Assembly: GCA_040755755.1 (NCBI GenBank)
Contig: JBFLZW010000031.1
Location: forward strand, 64,561 to 128,560
Source: a bacterium
Lineage (GTDB): Bacteria; SZUA-182; DTGQ01
Length of the DNA stretch: 64,000 nt
Direction: 5' to 3'
The translations under genes and the position numbers were made by a program. Positions 46,218 through 54,145 of the stretch are shown in pieces (the stretch's first letter is position 1; every line of letters starts with the position of its first letter). A model generated the notes under the pieces. It saw only the letters and a program-made list of their open reading frames with translations. It was not told the origin of the DNA and did not search any database.

Positions 46218-47450
46218 ATGTTATTACAGTATGGACGGTATCAGATCGAAAATGAGCTTGGCAAGGGAGCTATGGGGGTGGTCTACCGGGCCCATGATCC
46301 CCGGATTGACCGGTCAGTCGCTTTGAAGGTCCTGCGTCCGGACCGGGTCACCAACGAGGATTTCGTCCAGCGGTTCCTCAAGGAGGCTAAAGCGATTGGC
46401 AGGCTTTCGCATCCCAATATCGTTACTGTCTATGACGTCGGGCAGGATCAGGACACGATCTTTATTGCCATGGAATTTCTCGATGGCAAACCTCTTCATA
46501 CGATCTTGCAGGAAGCAAAACCGGATATTGGCACCATCGTCGATCTTGGCATCCAGGTAGCCTGTGCCCTCGATTATGCCCACCAGAAGGGAATCGTTCA
46601 CCGGGATATCAAGCCCGGCAATATTATTGTCCAGCCCGATGGCCGGGTGAAAATAACCGACTTCGGAATTGCCCATATCGAAGATTCCTCGGCCACGCAG
46701 CAGACCAGGGCGGGAGAGATTCTCGGCAGCCCGGCTTATATGTCCCCCGAACAGGTGATGGGCCAGCCGGTGGACGGACGCTCAGATCTGTATTCGCTGG
46801 GCGTTGTCCTCTACGAGCTGTGCGCCGGGAAGCGGCCCTTCCAGGAAGATAACCTGGCCGCTCTTTTCAGGGCCATTACTCAGGATAATCCCCCTGAACT
46901 GTCAGCTCTCGACCCGGCAATCCCCCCCCTGCTTTCGCAGACAATCGTAAAGTGCCTGAGCAAGCAGCCGGAGAAACGCTTTCAGACCGGCCTTGCCCTG
47001 GCCGATGCCCTGAAGACCTGCCTGAAGAAGACAAAAGCCGCCCCGACCGGACAGGATCGGCCAAAGGGCAGGTTCCTGGTGCTCCTGATCGCGGTTTTCC
47101 TGATCAGTATCACGGCGGGGATTTTGGTCTATTTCTTCGGCTCAGCCAGGGATGATCGTCTTCCTCCTCCTTCTCCTCCTCCGTCGGTTACGGAGCAGCA
47201 ACCGCCGCCGACTGGAGAAGCGCCTCCGGTGATTGCTTTTCTCAAGGTCGAAAGTACGCCCGTCGGTGCCCAGATTTTCGTGGATGGAACCCTGCACGGG
47301 AAAACGCCTGCCCGGCTTGAGCTTGCGCCCGGAAAACATGAGGTCCGGCTGACTTTGCCCGCTTATTTTGACTGGGAAGCCCAGGTTCAGTTACCCGAAA
47401 AGGTCGAGACCCCTCTCCTGGTCCGGCTGATGCCGACCGAGGAGGAGTAG
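46218..47450 (+). CDS. transmembrane Ser/Thr protein kinase with extracytoplasmic PEGA domain
   Basis: Hanks kinase motifs GKGAMGVVY, ALK, HRDIKPGNI, DFG and SPAYMSPE. A TM segment (FLVLLIAVFLISITAGILVYFF) and Pro-rich linker follow. The PEGA-like domain is LKVESTPVGAQIFVDGTLHGKTPARLELAPGKHEVRL. Confidence 0.9.
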   Translation: MLLQYGRYQIENELGKGAMGVVYRAHDPRIDRSVALKVLRPDRVTNEDFVQRFLKEAKAIGRLSHPNIVTVYDVGQDQDTIFIAMEFLDGKPLHTILQEAKPDIGTIVDLGIQVACALDYAHQKGIVHRDIKPGNIIVQPDGRVKITDFGIAHIEDSSATQQTRAGEILGSPAYMSPEQVMGQPVDGRSDLYSLGVVLYELCAGKRPFQEDNLAALFRAITQDNPPELSALDPAIPPLLSQTIVKCLSKQPEKRFQTGLALADALKTCLKKTKAAPTGQDRPKGRFLVLLIAVFLISITAGILVYFFGSARDDRLPPPSPPPSVTEQQPPPTGEAPPVIAFLKVESTPVGAQIFVDGTLHGKTPARLELAPGKHEVRLTLPAYFDWEAQVQLPEKVETPLLVRLMPTEEE

Positions 47451-47541
47451 TGGTCAGTGGTCAGTGATCAGTGGTTAGTGGCTGGAATCCAGAAGTCAGG
47501 AGAAAAACAGCCCTTATTCTGACTCCTGACTCCTGAATTCT
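47449..47541. repeat. heptanucleotide tandem-repeat array forming a hairpin (kinase / redoxin-TPR spacer)
   Basis: AGTGGTC AGTGGTC AGTGATC AGTGGTT AGTGGCT GGAATCC AGAAGTC AGGAGAA occupy 47449-47504, followed by a loop. The complementary units GACTCCT GACTCCT GAATTCT occupy 47521-47541. The 18-bp stem 47485-47502 / 47523-47540 has 2 mismatches. Confidence 0.75.
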
Positions 47542-47561
47542 TTAAAAAAAAGGAGTGTCAG

Positions 47562-49556
47562 ATGAAGATTACCCGAAAATGCCGTGCCGTCAGTTTGATC
47601 CTCACCCTTGGTTTTTTCCTCTCGGGAATGGGCGTAAGCTATGGCCAGATCGCACCCGGCCAGTCCGCTCCGCTCTTTTCCCTGAAGGATATCGCCGGAA
47701 AATCCCATGACCTGGCCCAGATGAAAAATCAGCCCATGATTATTCTCTACTTCTTCGATGCAGAATCGAGGCCGAGCCAGGAAGGAATCGTAAGCCTGAA
47801 TCAATTGGCCAGACAATACAAGGGCTATGACCTGACCACCCTGGCCATTACCCTCTCTCCGCGGGCCAAGATCGATCAGTTCAGGAAGCAGACCGACCTA
47901 GGGTTTCCCATCATCCAGGACCAGTCCGGGATCAGCGACCGGTATCAGGCCCGGCAGATACTGCCCACGGTCTGCATTATCGGGCCGGGTCTTCGCGTTC
48001 TCGACCATTTTCAGGGCGGAGGCAAAACCACCGAAGTGATGCTGGTCAGGCTGGCCGAGAGGGAATTACAGAGAAAACAGACCACGCTGGCTAAAGCCAT
48101 CAGCGCCGAGGTGGTAAAAAAGAACCCTCACAATACCAGGGCCAAAACAGTGGCTGGTTATGCAGCCCTCAGGGAGGGGAACCTCAAGCAGGCGCAGGAG
48201 GTTTTCCAGAACCTGGCCAAAGACAGCGGACAGGCAGAGGTACTTGGCAAAGAAGGGCTGGCCGCCGTTCATGTCCAGAAGGGAGAGGCGGCCAGAGCCC
48301 TTGAGCTGGCCAGAGAGATAGAGCACAAAGCTCCTGAAAGATCCTATGTCCATGTCATCAAGGGAGATATTCTCGCCAGTCAGGATAAAAAGCAGGAGGC
48401 CGAGGCGGAATATCAGAAAGCGATAGCCAAGAAGGATGCCGAGCCGTACCAGGAAGCGGTCAGGCATAACCAGCTTGGCCGGTTGTATGCAAGCAGCGGA
48501 CAGTATCAAAAGGCGCGTGAGCTTTACGACCAGGCGGTGGCCATCGATCCTTATTACATCGAGGGGACGACCAACAAGGGGATAACCTACCAGAAAGAAG
48601 GCAATTGGGATAAAGCCCTGGAATCCTTTCAGCAGGCCGTCACCCTTGACAAGGGCGATACCTTTGCGGTTGTCCTGGCCAAAAAAGCCCAGGAGATGCT
48701 GGAGTTCCAGAAAGACAACGAGCGTAAAAAACGGGTTGACCAACTGGTGAAAGACCTGGCCGAGCGGTACCGCAGTCAGGAGAAGTCCAGGCCAAAGGAT
48801 GAAGATACCTGGACCTCCCGGCCCATGATTATCTCCTTTGTCGATTTTCAGGAAAAAGGCGGCCTGGCCGAGCGGGATGGCTTCTCGACCGTGATGACCA
48901 GCCAGTTAAGCGATTCCCTGACCGCCTCGAACCGGGTCCAGGTGGTGGAGCGGGTGCTGATCGAGCGTCTCATGGAGGAGTTGAACCTTGGTTCTTCGGA
49001 TCTGGCTGATCAGGAAACTGCGCTCAAGCTTGGCCGGGTACTGGCCGCCAAACTGATCGGCACCGGATCCCTCTTTTACCTGCCCAACGGGACGCTCCTG
49101 AATCTCAGGCTCATCGACAGCGAAACCTCAGCCATCCCTTTGGTGATCACCCGGCAAATCAGCCCCCAGGCATCTCTGGAAAAAGAGCTTTACGCCCTCA
49201 ACCGGCAGATATTAAGGACAGTCATGGAAAAGTATCCCCTGCACGGGTATCTGGTTGAAGTCACAGGAGATCAGGCCCTGGTTAACCTCGGCTCCCGCCA
49301 GGGAGTGGTTCAGGGGACACGGTTTGAAGTGCTGGAAGAAGGCAAGCCGATCACCTACAAGGGGAAGACGCTCCAGAGCTCACCAAAAATCATCGCCCAG
49401 GCCGAGGTTGTCCGGGTTGAGCCTGACCTGTGCCATATCCGGATCATCAGCCAGGAAAGACCCCTGAAAACCGATGACAAGGTCCAGGAGAGAATCGCGG
49501 AAGCGGTCCTGGGAGAAGGCAGCGAAGAAGGTAGTGGAAGCAGGGATCATGAATAG
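47562..49556 (+). CDS. exported multidomain protein: cysteine-less thioredoxin-fold (TlpA/AhpC-like) + TPR + CsgG-like domain + C-terminal beta-rich domain
   Basis: 664 aa with a signal peptide. The redoxin-like N-domain (PGQSAPLFSLKDIAGKSHDL...MIILYFFDAESRPSQEG) has no Cys at the active-site position. TPR repeats follow (AIDPYYIEG, AVTLDKGD). The CsgG-like segment is SRPMIISFVDFQEKGG...VQVVERVLIERLMEELNLGSSDLAD..LRLIDSETS. Confidence 0.7.
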   Translation: MKITRKCRAVSLILTLGFFLSGMGVSYGQIAPGQSAPLFSLKDIAGKSHDLAQMKNQPMIILYFFDAESRPSQEGIVSLNQLARQYKGYDLTTLAITLSPRAKIDQFRKQTDLGFPIIQDQSGISDRYQARQILPTVCIIGPGLRVLDHFQGGGKTTEVMLVRLAERELQRKQTTLAKAISAEVVKKNPHNTRAKTVAGYAALREGNLKQAQEVFQNLAKDSGQAEVLGKEGLAAVHVQKGEAARALELAREIEHKAPERSYVHVIKGDILASQDKKQEAEAEYQKAIAKKDAEPYQEAVRHNQLGRLYASSGQYQKARELYDQAVAIDPYYIEGTTNKGITYQKEGNWDKALESFQQAVTLDKGDTFAVVLAKKAQEMLEFQKDNERKKRVDQLVKDLAERYRSQEKSRPKDEDTWTSRPMIISFVDFQEKGGLAERDGFSTVMTSQLSDSLTASNRVQVVERVLIERLMEELNLGSSDLADQETALKLGRVLAAKLIGTGSLFYLPNGTLLNLRLIDSETSAIPLVITRQISPQASLEKELYALNRQILRTVMEKYPLHGYLVEVTGDQALVNLGSRQGVVQGTRFEVLEEGKPITYKGKTLQSSPKIIAQAEVVRVEPDLCHIRIISQERPLKTDDKVQERIAEAVLGEGSEEGSGSRDHE

Positions 49557-50082
49557 AAGAGCATGGCTGACAGGTCTTATCCTGGTTGGATTTTTTTGCG
49601 CCTCCTGCACGTTGCGTCAATCCCTGCCCCTTGGGCAGGGCACAGCGATGGAAAAGGATACTGCAATTGAAAAGGGTGCTGCGGTAGCTGTCTGGGATTT
49701 CGATAACTTGAGCCCATCTGCCGAAGGCCAGCCGCCTTCACTGGGAGAGCTTCTCTCCGCTCAGGTTATGGAATCGCTCCAGTCTCGCGGGGATGTAACG
49801 GTCATCGAGCGGCAGCGGCTGCACCTGGCCCTTGAGGAGCTTAAATTGGGATCGACCTCACTGGCGGATGAGGCCACACGGTTAAAGCTCGGCCATCTGG
49901 TGGGAGCCCGGCTGATGGTTTTTGGAGCCTACCAGGCGATCGCCGGCACCATGCGCCTCGACCTGCGGCTGGTCGAAGTGGAAACCGGCAAGGTGCGTAA
50001 TGCTGTCAAAGGAACGGCTTCGAGCGGGGATATGGCCGAATGGCTGAAGACCGCCAGGGAAGCCGCGGCAGGGCTGCTGTAG
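49549..50082 (+). CDS. putative lipoprotein with CsgG-like domain
   Basis: MNRRAWLTGLILVGFFCASC is an imperfect lipobox. VAVWDFDNLS...VTVIERQRLHLALEELKLGSTSLAD..LRLVEVETGKV is clearly paralogous to the C-terminal part of the upstream protein. The ATG overlaps the upstream stop by 8 nt. I prefer this start over the listed 49474. Confidence 0.6.
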   Translation: MNRRAWLTGLILVGFFCASCTLRQSLPLGQGTAMEKDTAIEKGAAVAVWDFDNLSPSAEGQPPSLGELLSAQVMESLQSRGDVTVIERQRLHLALEELKLGSTSLADEATRLKLGHLVGARLMVFGAYQAIAGTMRLDLRLVEVETGKVRNAVKGTASSGDMAEWLKTAREAAAGLL

Positions 50083-50107
50083 GGCACACATTCTCCGAAA
50101 ATTCTAT

Positions 50108-50401
50108 TCAGGGATGAGAAGTTATTGCAATGATGGTAATTTGACCTGCATCAGGACCATAATACCAAAAGACCCTATATGCCGCAGGAGTGGATTGTTC
50201 AGCATAAGCTTCAAAGACTTTTTCTTTTTCGGGTCCTTTTAAGCTGGTGAATTCATGGGTTTCAAGACTTTTATGTCTTGGATTTTCAGCTAATAAATGG
50301 ACAGTCCTGGTTACTGCCTTGTACCTTTTTTCGAGTCCCTTGTCAGTTTTAAGCCTCTCTAATTGCTTTTTTGCCTGATCAGTAAGGAAGATTTCAAACA
50401 A
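50108..50401 (-). CDS. RelE/ParE-superfamily toxin
   Basis: 97 aa. The pattern of helical N-terminus (LTDQAKKQLERL), then HEFTSLKG...AYRVFWYYGPDAGQITIIAITSHP, fits RelE/ParE-like toxins. TTG start 12 nt after the antitoxin stop. Confidence 0.65.
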   Translation of the reverse strand: MFEIFLTDQAKKQLERLKTDKGLEKRYKAVTRTVHLLAENPRHKSLETHEFTSLKGPEKEKVFEAYAEQSTPAAYRVFWYYGPDAGQITIIAITSHP

Positions 50402-50412
50402 AACTGGCTATC

Positions 50413-50694
50413 CTAAAATTCATCAAGATTAAGTTTCGATATCTTGCCCTCGGATGCATCCTTTAAGCCGTCCATAACACTTTCAAGGGCTTCTTTATTT
50501 TGAAAAAGCCAAACCTCTGAAGCTGGAATTTCTGCTATAGGTTGTAAGAGAATCTCTCCCCGGTTATTTTTATATAGTCTGACTCTTTTATAACCCTTCA
50601 AAAGATCACCCAGAGTAATTCGTGTTCTGTCGTCAATTGTTTTAGTATCAACCTCTTGAAATTCATCATTAATCTGCAGGGTATTATTTTTCAT
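50413..50694 (-). CDS. AbrB/SpoVT-like antitoxin
   Basis: The start at M17 (50694, AGGAGG upstream) gives 93 aa. RTRITLGDLLKGYKRVRLYKNNRGEILLQP is swapped-hairpin-like, and the tail is acidic. Confidence 0.6.
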   Translation of the reverse strand: MKNNTLQINDEFQEVDTKTIDDRTRITLGDLLKGYKRVRLYKNNRGEILLQPIAEIPASEVWLFQNKEALESVMDGLKDASEGKISKLNLDEF

Positions 50695-50851
50695 AGTATC
50701 ACCTCCTGAACAGAATATACTATAATTCCCATATTGGGTCAATGGGCAATTCTATTCCTCCAGCAATTCTAATTATGAACTTTTATGGACAATTTAACCT
50801 CACATCTTTCGGGATTGGATAGAGGTTTATAGCGGTTCCCGGTTGAGTGGA

Positions 50852-51223
50852 CTACCTGATAGTAGTATAACCAGATAGAATAGAATGGCACTGAGAAGCT
50901 GTCTGAAAAATACCAAGGCTTGATTGTCTGATTTTATTCACTACCGGAGAGAAGAAGGTCTCAATCCGAAATCGTTTCCTGTACCAGTTGCAGGCATCTT
51001 GTGTCGATTCAACATTGGTGACCAGAGAGATGGGCTCTTTGTAGTCCTTCTCCCACCAGAGGATAGCATGAACAGGACCATAGGCTTGGTTGGTGAAAAA
51101 GACACCTGGCAGACTCACAGGCTTTTGTCCCTGGGGGACAAAGATCTTGCCCAGAGGAGAGCTTTTTGTCTCCCTTAAAGAGCACACTGCTTTTGCCCGG
51201 GCGACAGGCATACTGCCAGCCAT
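50852..51223 (-). pseudogene. C-terminal fragment of an IS4/IS701-like DDE transposase
   Basis: ...WWEKDYKEPISLVTNVESTQDACNWYRKRFRIETFFS matches the conserved YxxRWxIE region of IS4-type transposases. Homology breaks off at about 50940, where the reading frame runs into the 33-bp repeat. No N-terminal catalytic region and no IRs were seen. Confidence 0.6.
50892..50924. repeat. 33-bp direct repeat, copy 1
   Basis: TGAGAAGCTGTCTGAAAAATACCAAGGCTTGAT is identical to 53815-53847 except for two A/G differences. Confidence 0.8.
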
Positions 51224-51282
51224 AGCTTTGTAAGAAATTATTTTACGTTATTCTGGTTTATTTCAGAGACGAGGCTTCACCT

Positions 51283-51690
51283 TTAAGGAACTAAATAAGG
51301 GGACTCAGGTCGTGGCCTGAGTTTTCCTTCCTTGCAGTCAACGATCAGGTCGAGTTCCTCCAAAATGGTCTGGCCGAGCAGACCTTCGCTCCCCGGAGGA
51401 CCGACCACACAATTAACCGGCGTGATTCTGTTTTCAACCCTGACCATAGCCACTCCAGCCACTTCTCTTTCCTCTTTCCGTTCATCCGCGTAGGTGACGA
51501 TGACCTTATCCAGCCTTTTCAGGCCGAGTTGCTCCACCAGGTCCTGGGGCAGGACGAGCATTGTTGAGCCGCTATCGACCAGCACCCTGACCCTTTCCCT
51601 GCGGATCTCCTCTATTTTCCTGAGATTGTGCTCATATAATACCCTATCGTCGTAATTCTCAATCTCAAGCTCAACGATGACTTCACCCAT
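51283..51690 (-). CDS. retropepsin-like (clan AA) aspartic protease, single-domain
   Basis: 135 aa. VLVDSGSTMLVLP carries the D-S/T-G active-site motif. LLGQTILEELDLIVD resembles the C-terminal hydrophobic-hydrophobic-Gly region of retropepsins. No signal peptide or TM segment. Confidence 0.75.
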   Translation of the reverse strand: MGEVIVELEIENYDDRVLYEHNLRKIEEIRRERVRVLVDSGSTMLVLPQDLVEQLGLKRLDKVIVTYADERKEEREVAGVAMVRVENRITPVNCVVGPPGSEGLLGQTILEELDLIVDCKEGKLRPRPESPYLVP

Positions 51691-51853
51691 GTTCTATCCA
51701 CTCCTTTCAGTATCCGGTTTTGCTGCCCCCTGAGAGCAAATATAGCGAATAACCATGAGTATTGTCAATGAATTATAATGTTTTTCACGACAAGGGATCA
51801 GGCAGAAATTTATCGTAACAATGCATCCAATCAAGGAAAGAGCAAAAAAGAGC

Positions 51854-52612
51854 ATGCTGGCTATCGAAAACCTGAGTGTTCGGCTTTTTAGCCGAACTAT
51901 CCTGAAAGATGTTAATCTTCATATTCCTCCGGGCGAAGTTCATGCCCTGTTCGGCCCCAATGGATCAGGGAAAACAACGCTCCTGATGACTATCATGGGC
52001 TTTCCTGAGTATGAGGTGATTTCGGGCCGGATTATTCTCAAGGGAGAGGATATTACGAACCTTCCAGTTTATGAAAGGGCTCAGGCAGGAATCGGCATCT
52101 CGTTTCAGCGGCCTCCAACCATCAAGGGAATAAAGACGCAGCAGATGCTCAAGATCTGCAATCGCAGCCAGCAGGACTTTAGCCCCTTTATCGAGGAGCT
52201 GAATTTTCAGGATCTTCTGGCCCGTGATGTCAATCAGGGATTTTCAGGGGGAGAAATCAAAAAATCCGAGATGCTGCAGCTCCTGGTCCAGCGCCCCCTG
52301 ATGGCCCTTCTGGATGAGCCGGAATCGGGGGTGGACCTTGAAAACATCGCTCTCATCGGTGGGGCTATCAATCAGTTGCTTCACCGGAACTGGCCGGGGG
52401 AAGAAACAACCGAATGCCGGCGCAAAGTGCGCGAAGAGCGCCGTATTGCCGGGCTGATCATTACCCATACCGGCTACATTCTCGACTATGTGGAAGCGGA
52501 CCGGGGGCATGTGATGATGGACGGCACGATTGCCTGCCACGGAAATCCCCGGGAAATACTGCGCTGCATCAAAGAGGTAGGATATGAGGAGTGCGTGCGA
52601 TGCCTGATCTGA
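51854..52612 (+). CDS. sufC: Fe-S cluster assembly ATPase SufC
   Basis: Contains Walker A GPNGSGKTT, the signature FSGGEIKK, Walker B ALLDEPESGVD and an H-loop ITHTG. It has an insert with charged residues and a Cys (PGEETTECRRKVREERR). The start at 51854 is preferred over 51821. Confidence 0.85.
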   Translation: MLAIENLSVRLFSRTILKDVNLHIPPGEVHALFGPNGSGKTTLLMTIMGFPEYEVISGRIILKGEDITNLPVYERAQAGIGISFQRPPTIKGIKTQQMLKICNRSQQDFSPFIEELNFQDLLARDVNQGFSGGEIKKSEMLQLLVQRPLMALLDEPESGVDLENIALIGGAINQLLHRNWPGEETTECRRKVREERRIAGLIITHTGYILDYVEADRGHVMMDGTIACHGNPREILRCIKEVGYEECVRCLI

Positions 52613-53817
52613 GAAAAGAGAGGGCGCAGGCTGCCCTGCACAAACAGGCCCTGTACGGCCCGGATATCGACTTGAGGCAGTTTTCCCTGACAGCTCCTGA
52701 AGAGCCGTATCAGAAAGACCTTCGGCAGCTCCCGAAGGAGTTTTCCCGGCAGGTTCTGTCCGCGGGCATTGAAACCGGGGAAAAGGGCCGGTCAGGGACG
52801 TATCTCCAGAAAAACCACTCGGTGCTCCACTGCCAGATCCATCAGGAAGGGGTCGAGATTCTGAACATCGACGATGCCCTGGCAAGATATGACTGGCTTG
52901 GAGACTACTGGTGGAAGATGGTGCCCGTGGACCAGGATAAATATACCGCCTGGGCGTATCTTCACCCGCATCACGGATACTTCATCCGGGCACTGCCGGA
53001 AGCCAAAACCACCTTCCCGCTTCAGGCCTGCCTGTATATCGAGCAGGACAACCTGGTGCAGAACGTACACAATATCATCATTGCTGAAGAGGGGTCGGAA
53101 CTGGATATCATTACCGGCTGTGCCGCCCATTCAGGAATGAAACGGGGGCTGCATGTGGGAGTATCGGAGTTTTACGTCAAAAAAGGAGCCAGGCTTACCT
53201 TTACCATGATCCACAACTGGGCCGAGCAGATGGATGTCAGGCCCCGATCAGCCGCAGCCGTCGGGCCTTCGGGTATTTTTATCTCCAACTACGTTTCCAT
53301 GAAGCCGATCCGGTCGTTGCAGATGTATCCGGCCACCTGGCTGCAGGGGAAAGATGCCCTGGCCCGGTATCATAACATCCTGGTGGCTACCCCTGGCTCT
53401 GAGCTGGATGTGGGCTCCACTGTTACCCTGGAGGCACCAGGCACCCGGGCTGAAGTGGTGAGCCGGGCTATTTCAGCCGGAGGGAAAATATGGGCCAGGG
53501 GACGACTGGTCGGGAAAGCGGAAGATATCAAAGCCCATCTCGAATGCCGCGGCCTGATTCTGGAAGAGGGAGGAACGATTCAGGCCATTCCGGAGCTGGA
53601 AGGCCATCTGCCGGGAATAGACCTTTCTCACGAGGCTGCCGTAGGGAAAATCGCCCAGGAAGAGATCAATTACCTGATGGCCAGGGGGCTTCCCGAATCG
53701 GAAGCCATTGCCGCCATTGTCCGGGGCTTCCTGACCGTGGATATTGCGGGCCTGCCAGGTGAGCTGCAAACGGAATTGAACCGGGTGATAGAGGAGAGCG
53801 AGAAGACGCTTCTGTGA
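52600..53817 (+). CDS. sufB: SufB/SufD-family Fe-S assembly scaffold protein
   Basis: 405 aa with a beta-helix core (NIIIAEEGSELDIITGCAAH, RLTFTMIHNW). The C-terminus HEAAVGKIAQEEINYLMARGLPESEAIAAIVRGFL is typical of SufB/D. The ATG overlaps the sufC end by 13 nt. Confidence 0.85.
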   Translation: MPDLRKERAQAALHKQALYGPDIDLRQFSLTAPEEPYQKDLRQLPKEFSRQVLSAGIETGEKGRSGTYLQKNHSVLHCQIHQEGVEILNIDDALARYDWLGDYWWKMVPVDQDKYTAWAYLHPHHGYFIRALPEAKTTFPLQACLYIEQDNLVQNVHNIIIAEEGSELDIITGCAAHSGMKRGLHVGVSEFYVKKGARLTFTMIHNWAEQMDVRPRSAAAVGPSGIFISNYVSMKPIRSLQMYPATWLQGKDALARYHNILVATPGSELDVGSTVTLEAPGTRAEVVSRAISAGGKIWARGRLVGKAEDIKAHLECRGLILEEGGTIQAIPELEGHLPGIDLSHEAAVGKIAQEEINYLMARGLPESEAIAAIVRGFLTVDIAGLPGELQTELNRVIEESEKTLL

Positions 53818-53847
53818 GAGGCTGTCTGAAAAATACCAGGGCTTGAT
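53815..53847. repeat. 33-bp direct repeat, copy 2 (starts at the sufB stop codon)
   Basis: TGAGAGGCTGTCTGAAAAATACCAGGGCTTGAT matches copy 1 at 31 of 33 positions. Confidence 0.8.
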
Positions 53848-53854
53848 GATTGTG

Positions 53855-54145
53855 ATAATCTAAAATTCCCCCATTTTAGGGGTTTGTGACAACGCAAAAT
53901 TCCCCCACCCCTGACTGAAGTTTCCGGTATTTATATGGGCAGAAAAAAACTAAAGACCATGATACCGGAGGCAGGAAGATGATAGGGATGAATAAGTATG
54001 AATACATATTCCCCGTGTTAACAGCTTTGAGGAGTTAAACGAGTATCTATTGGGGCAATGTCTGTCTCATGATGACCATAAAGTGGAGGGGAAGGAAGGA
54101 TGTGTTGAGGAGCTTTTTGAGAAGGAGAAATCCCAAAACATTACC
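53855..54145 (+). mobile_element. IS21-family relic (end repeats + istA fragments)
   Basis: TGTGATAATCTAAAATTCCCCCATTTTAGGGGTTTGTGACAACGCAAAATTCCCCCA contains two AAAATTCCCCCA direct repeats, like the multi-repeat ends of IS21. MGRKKLKTMI is N-terminus-like for IstA. It is fused by deletion to ...FEELNEYLLGQCLSHDDHKVEGKEG.VEELFEKEK, which is like the central IstA region. Confidence 0.45.

Noticed and set aside
47449-47541. Possible CRISPR array suggested by regularly spaced short repeats (also at 57095-57173, 59121-59176 and 29973-30097)
   Set aside because: The units are 7-8 nt and directly abutting, with no spacers. No cas genes are present. These are short tandem repeats or hairpins, not CRISPR.
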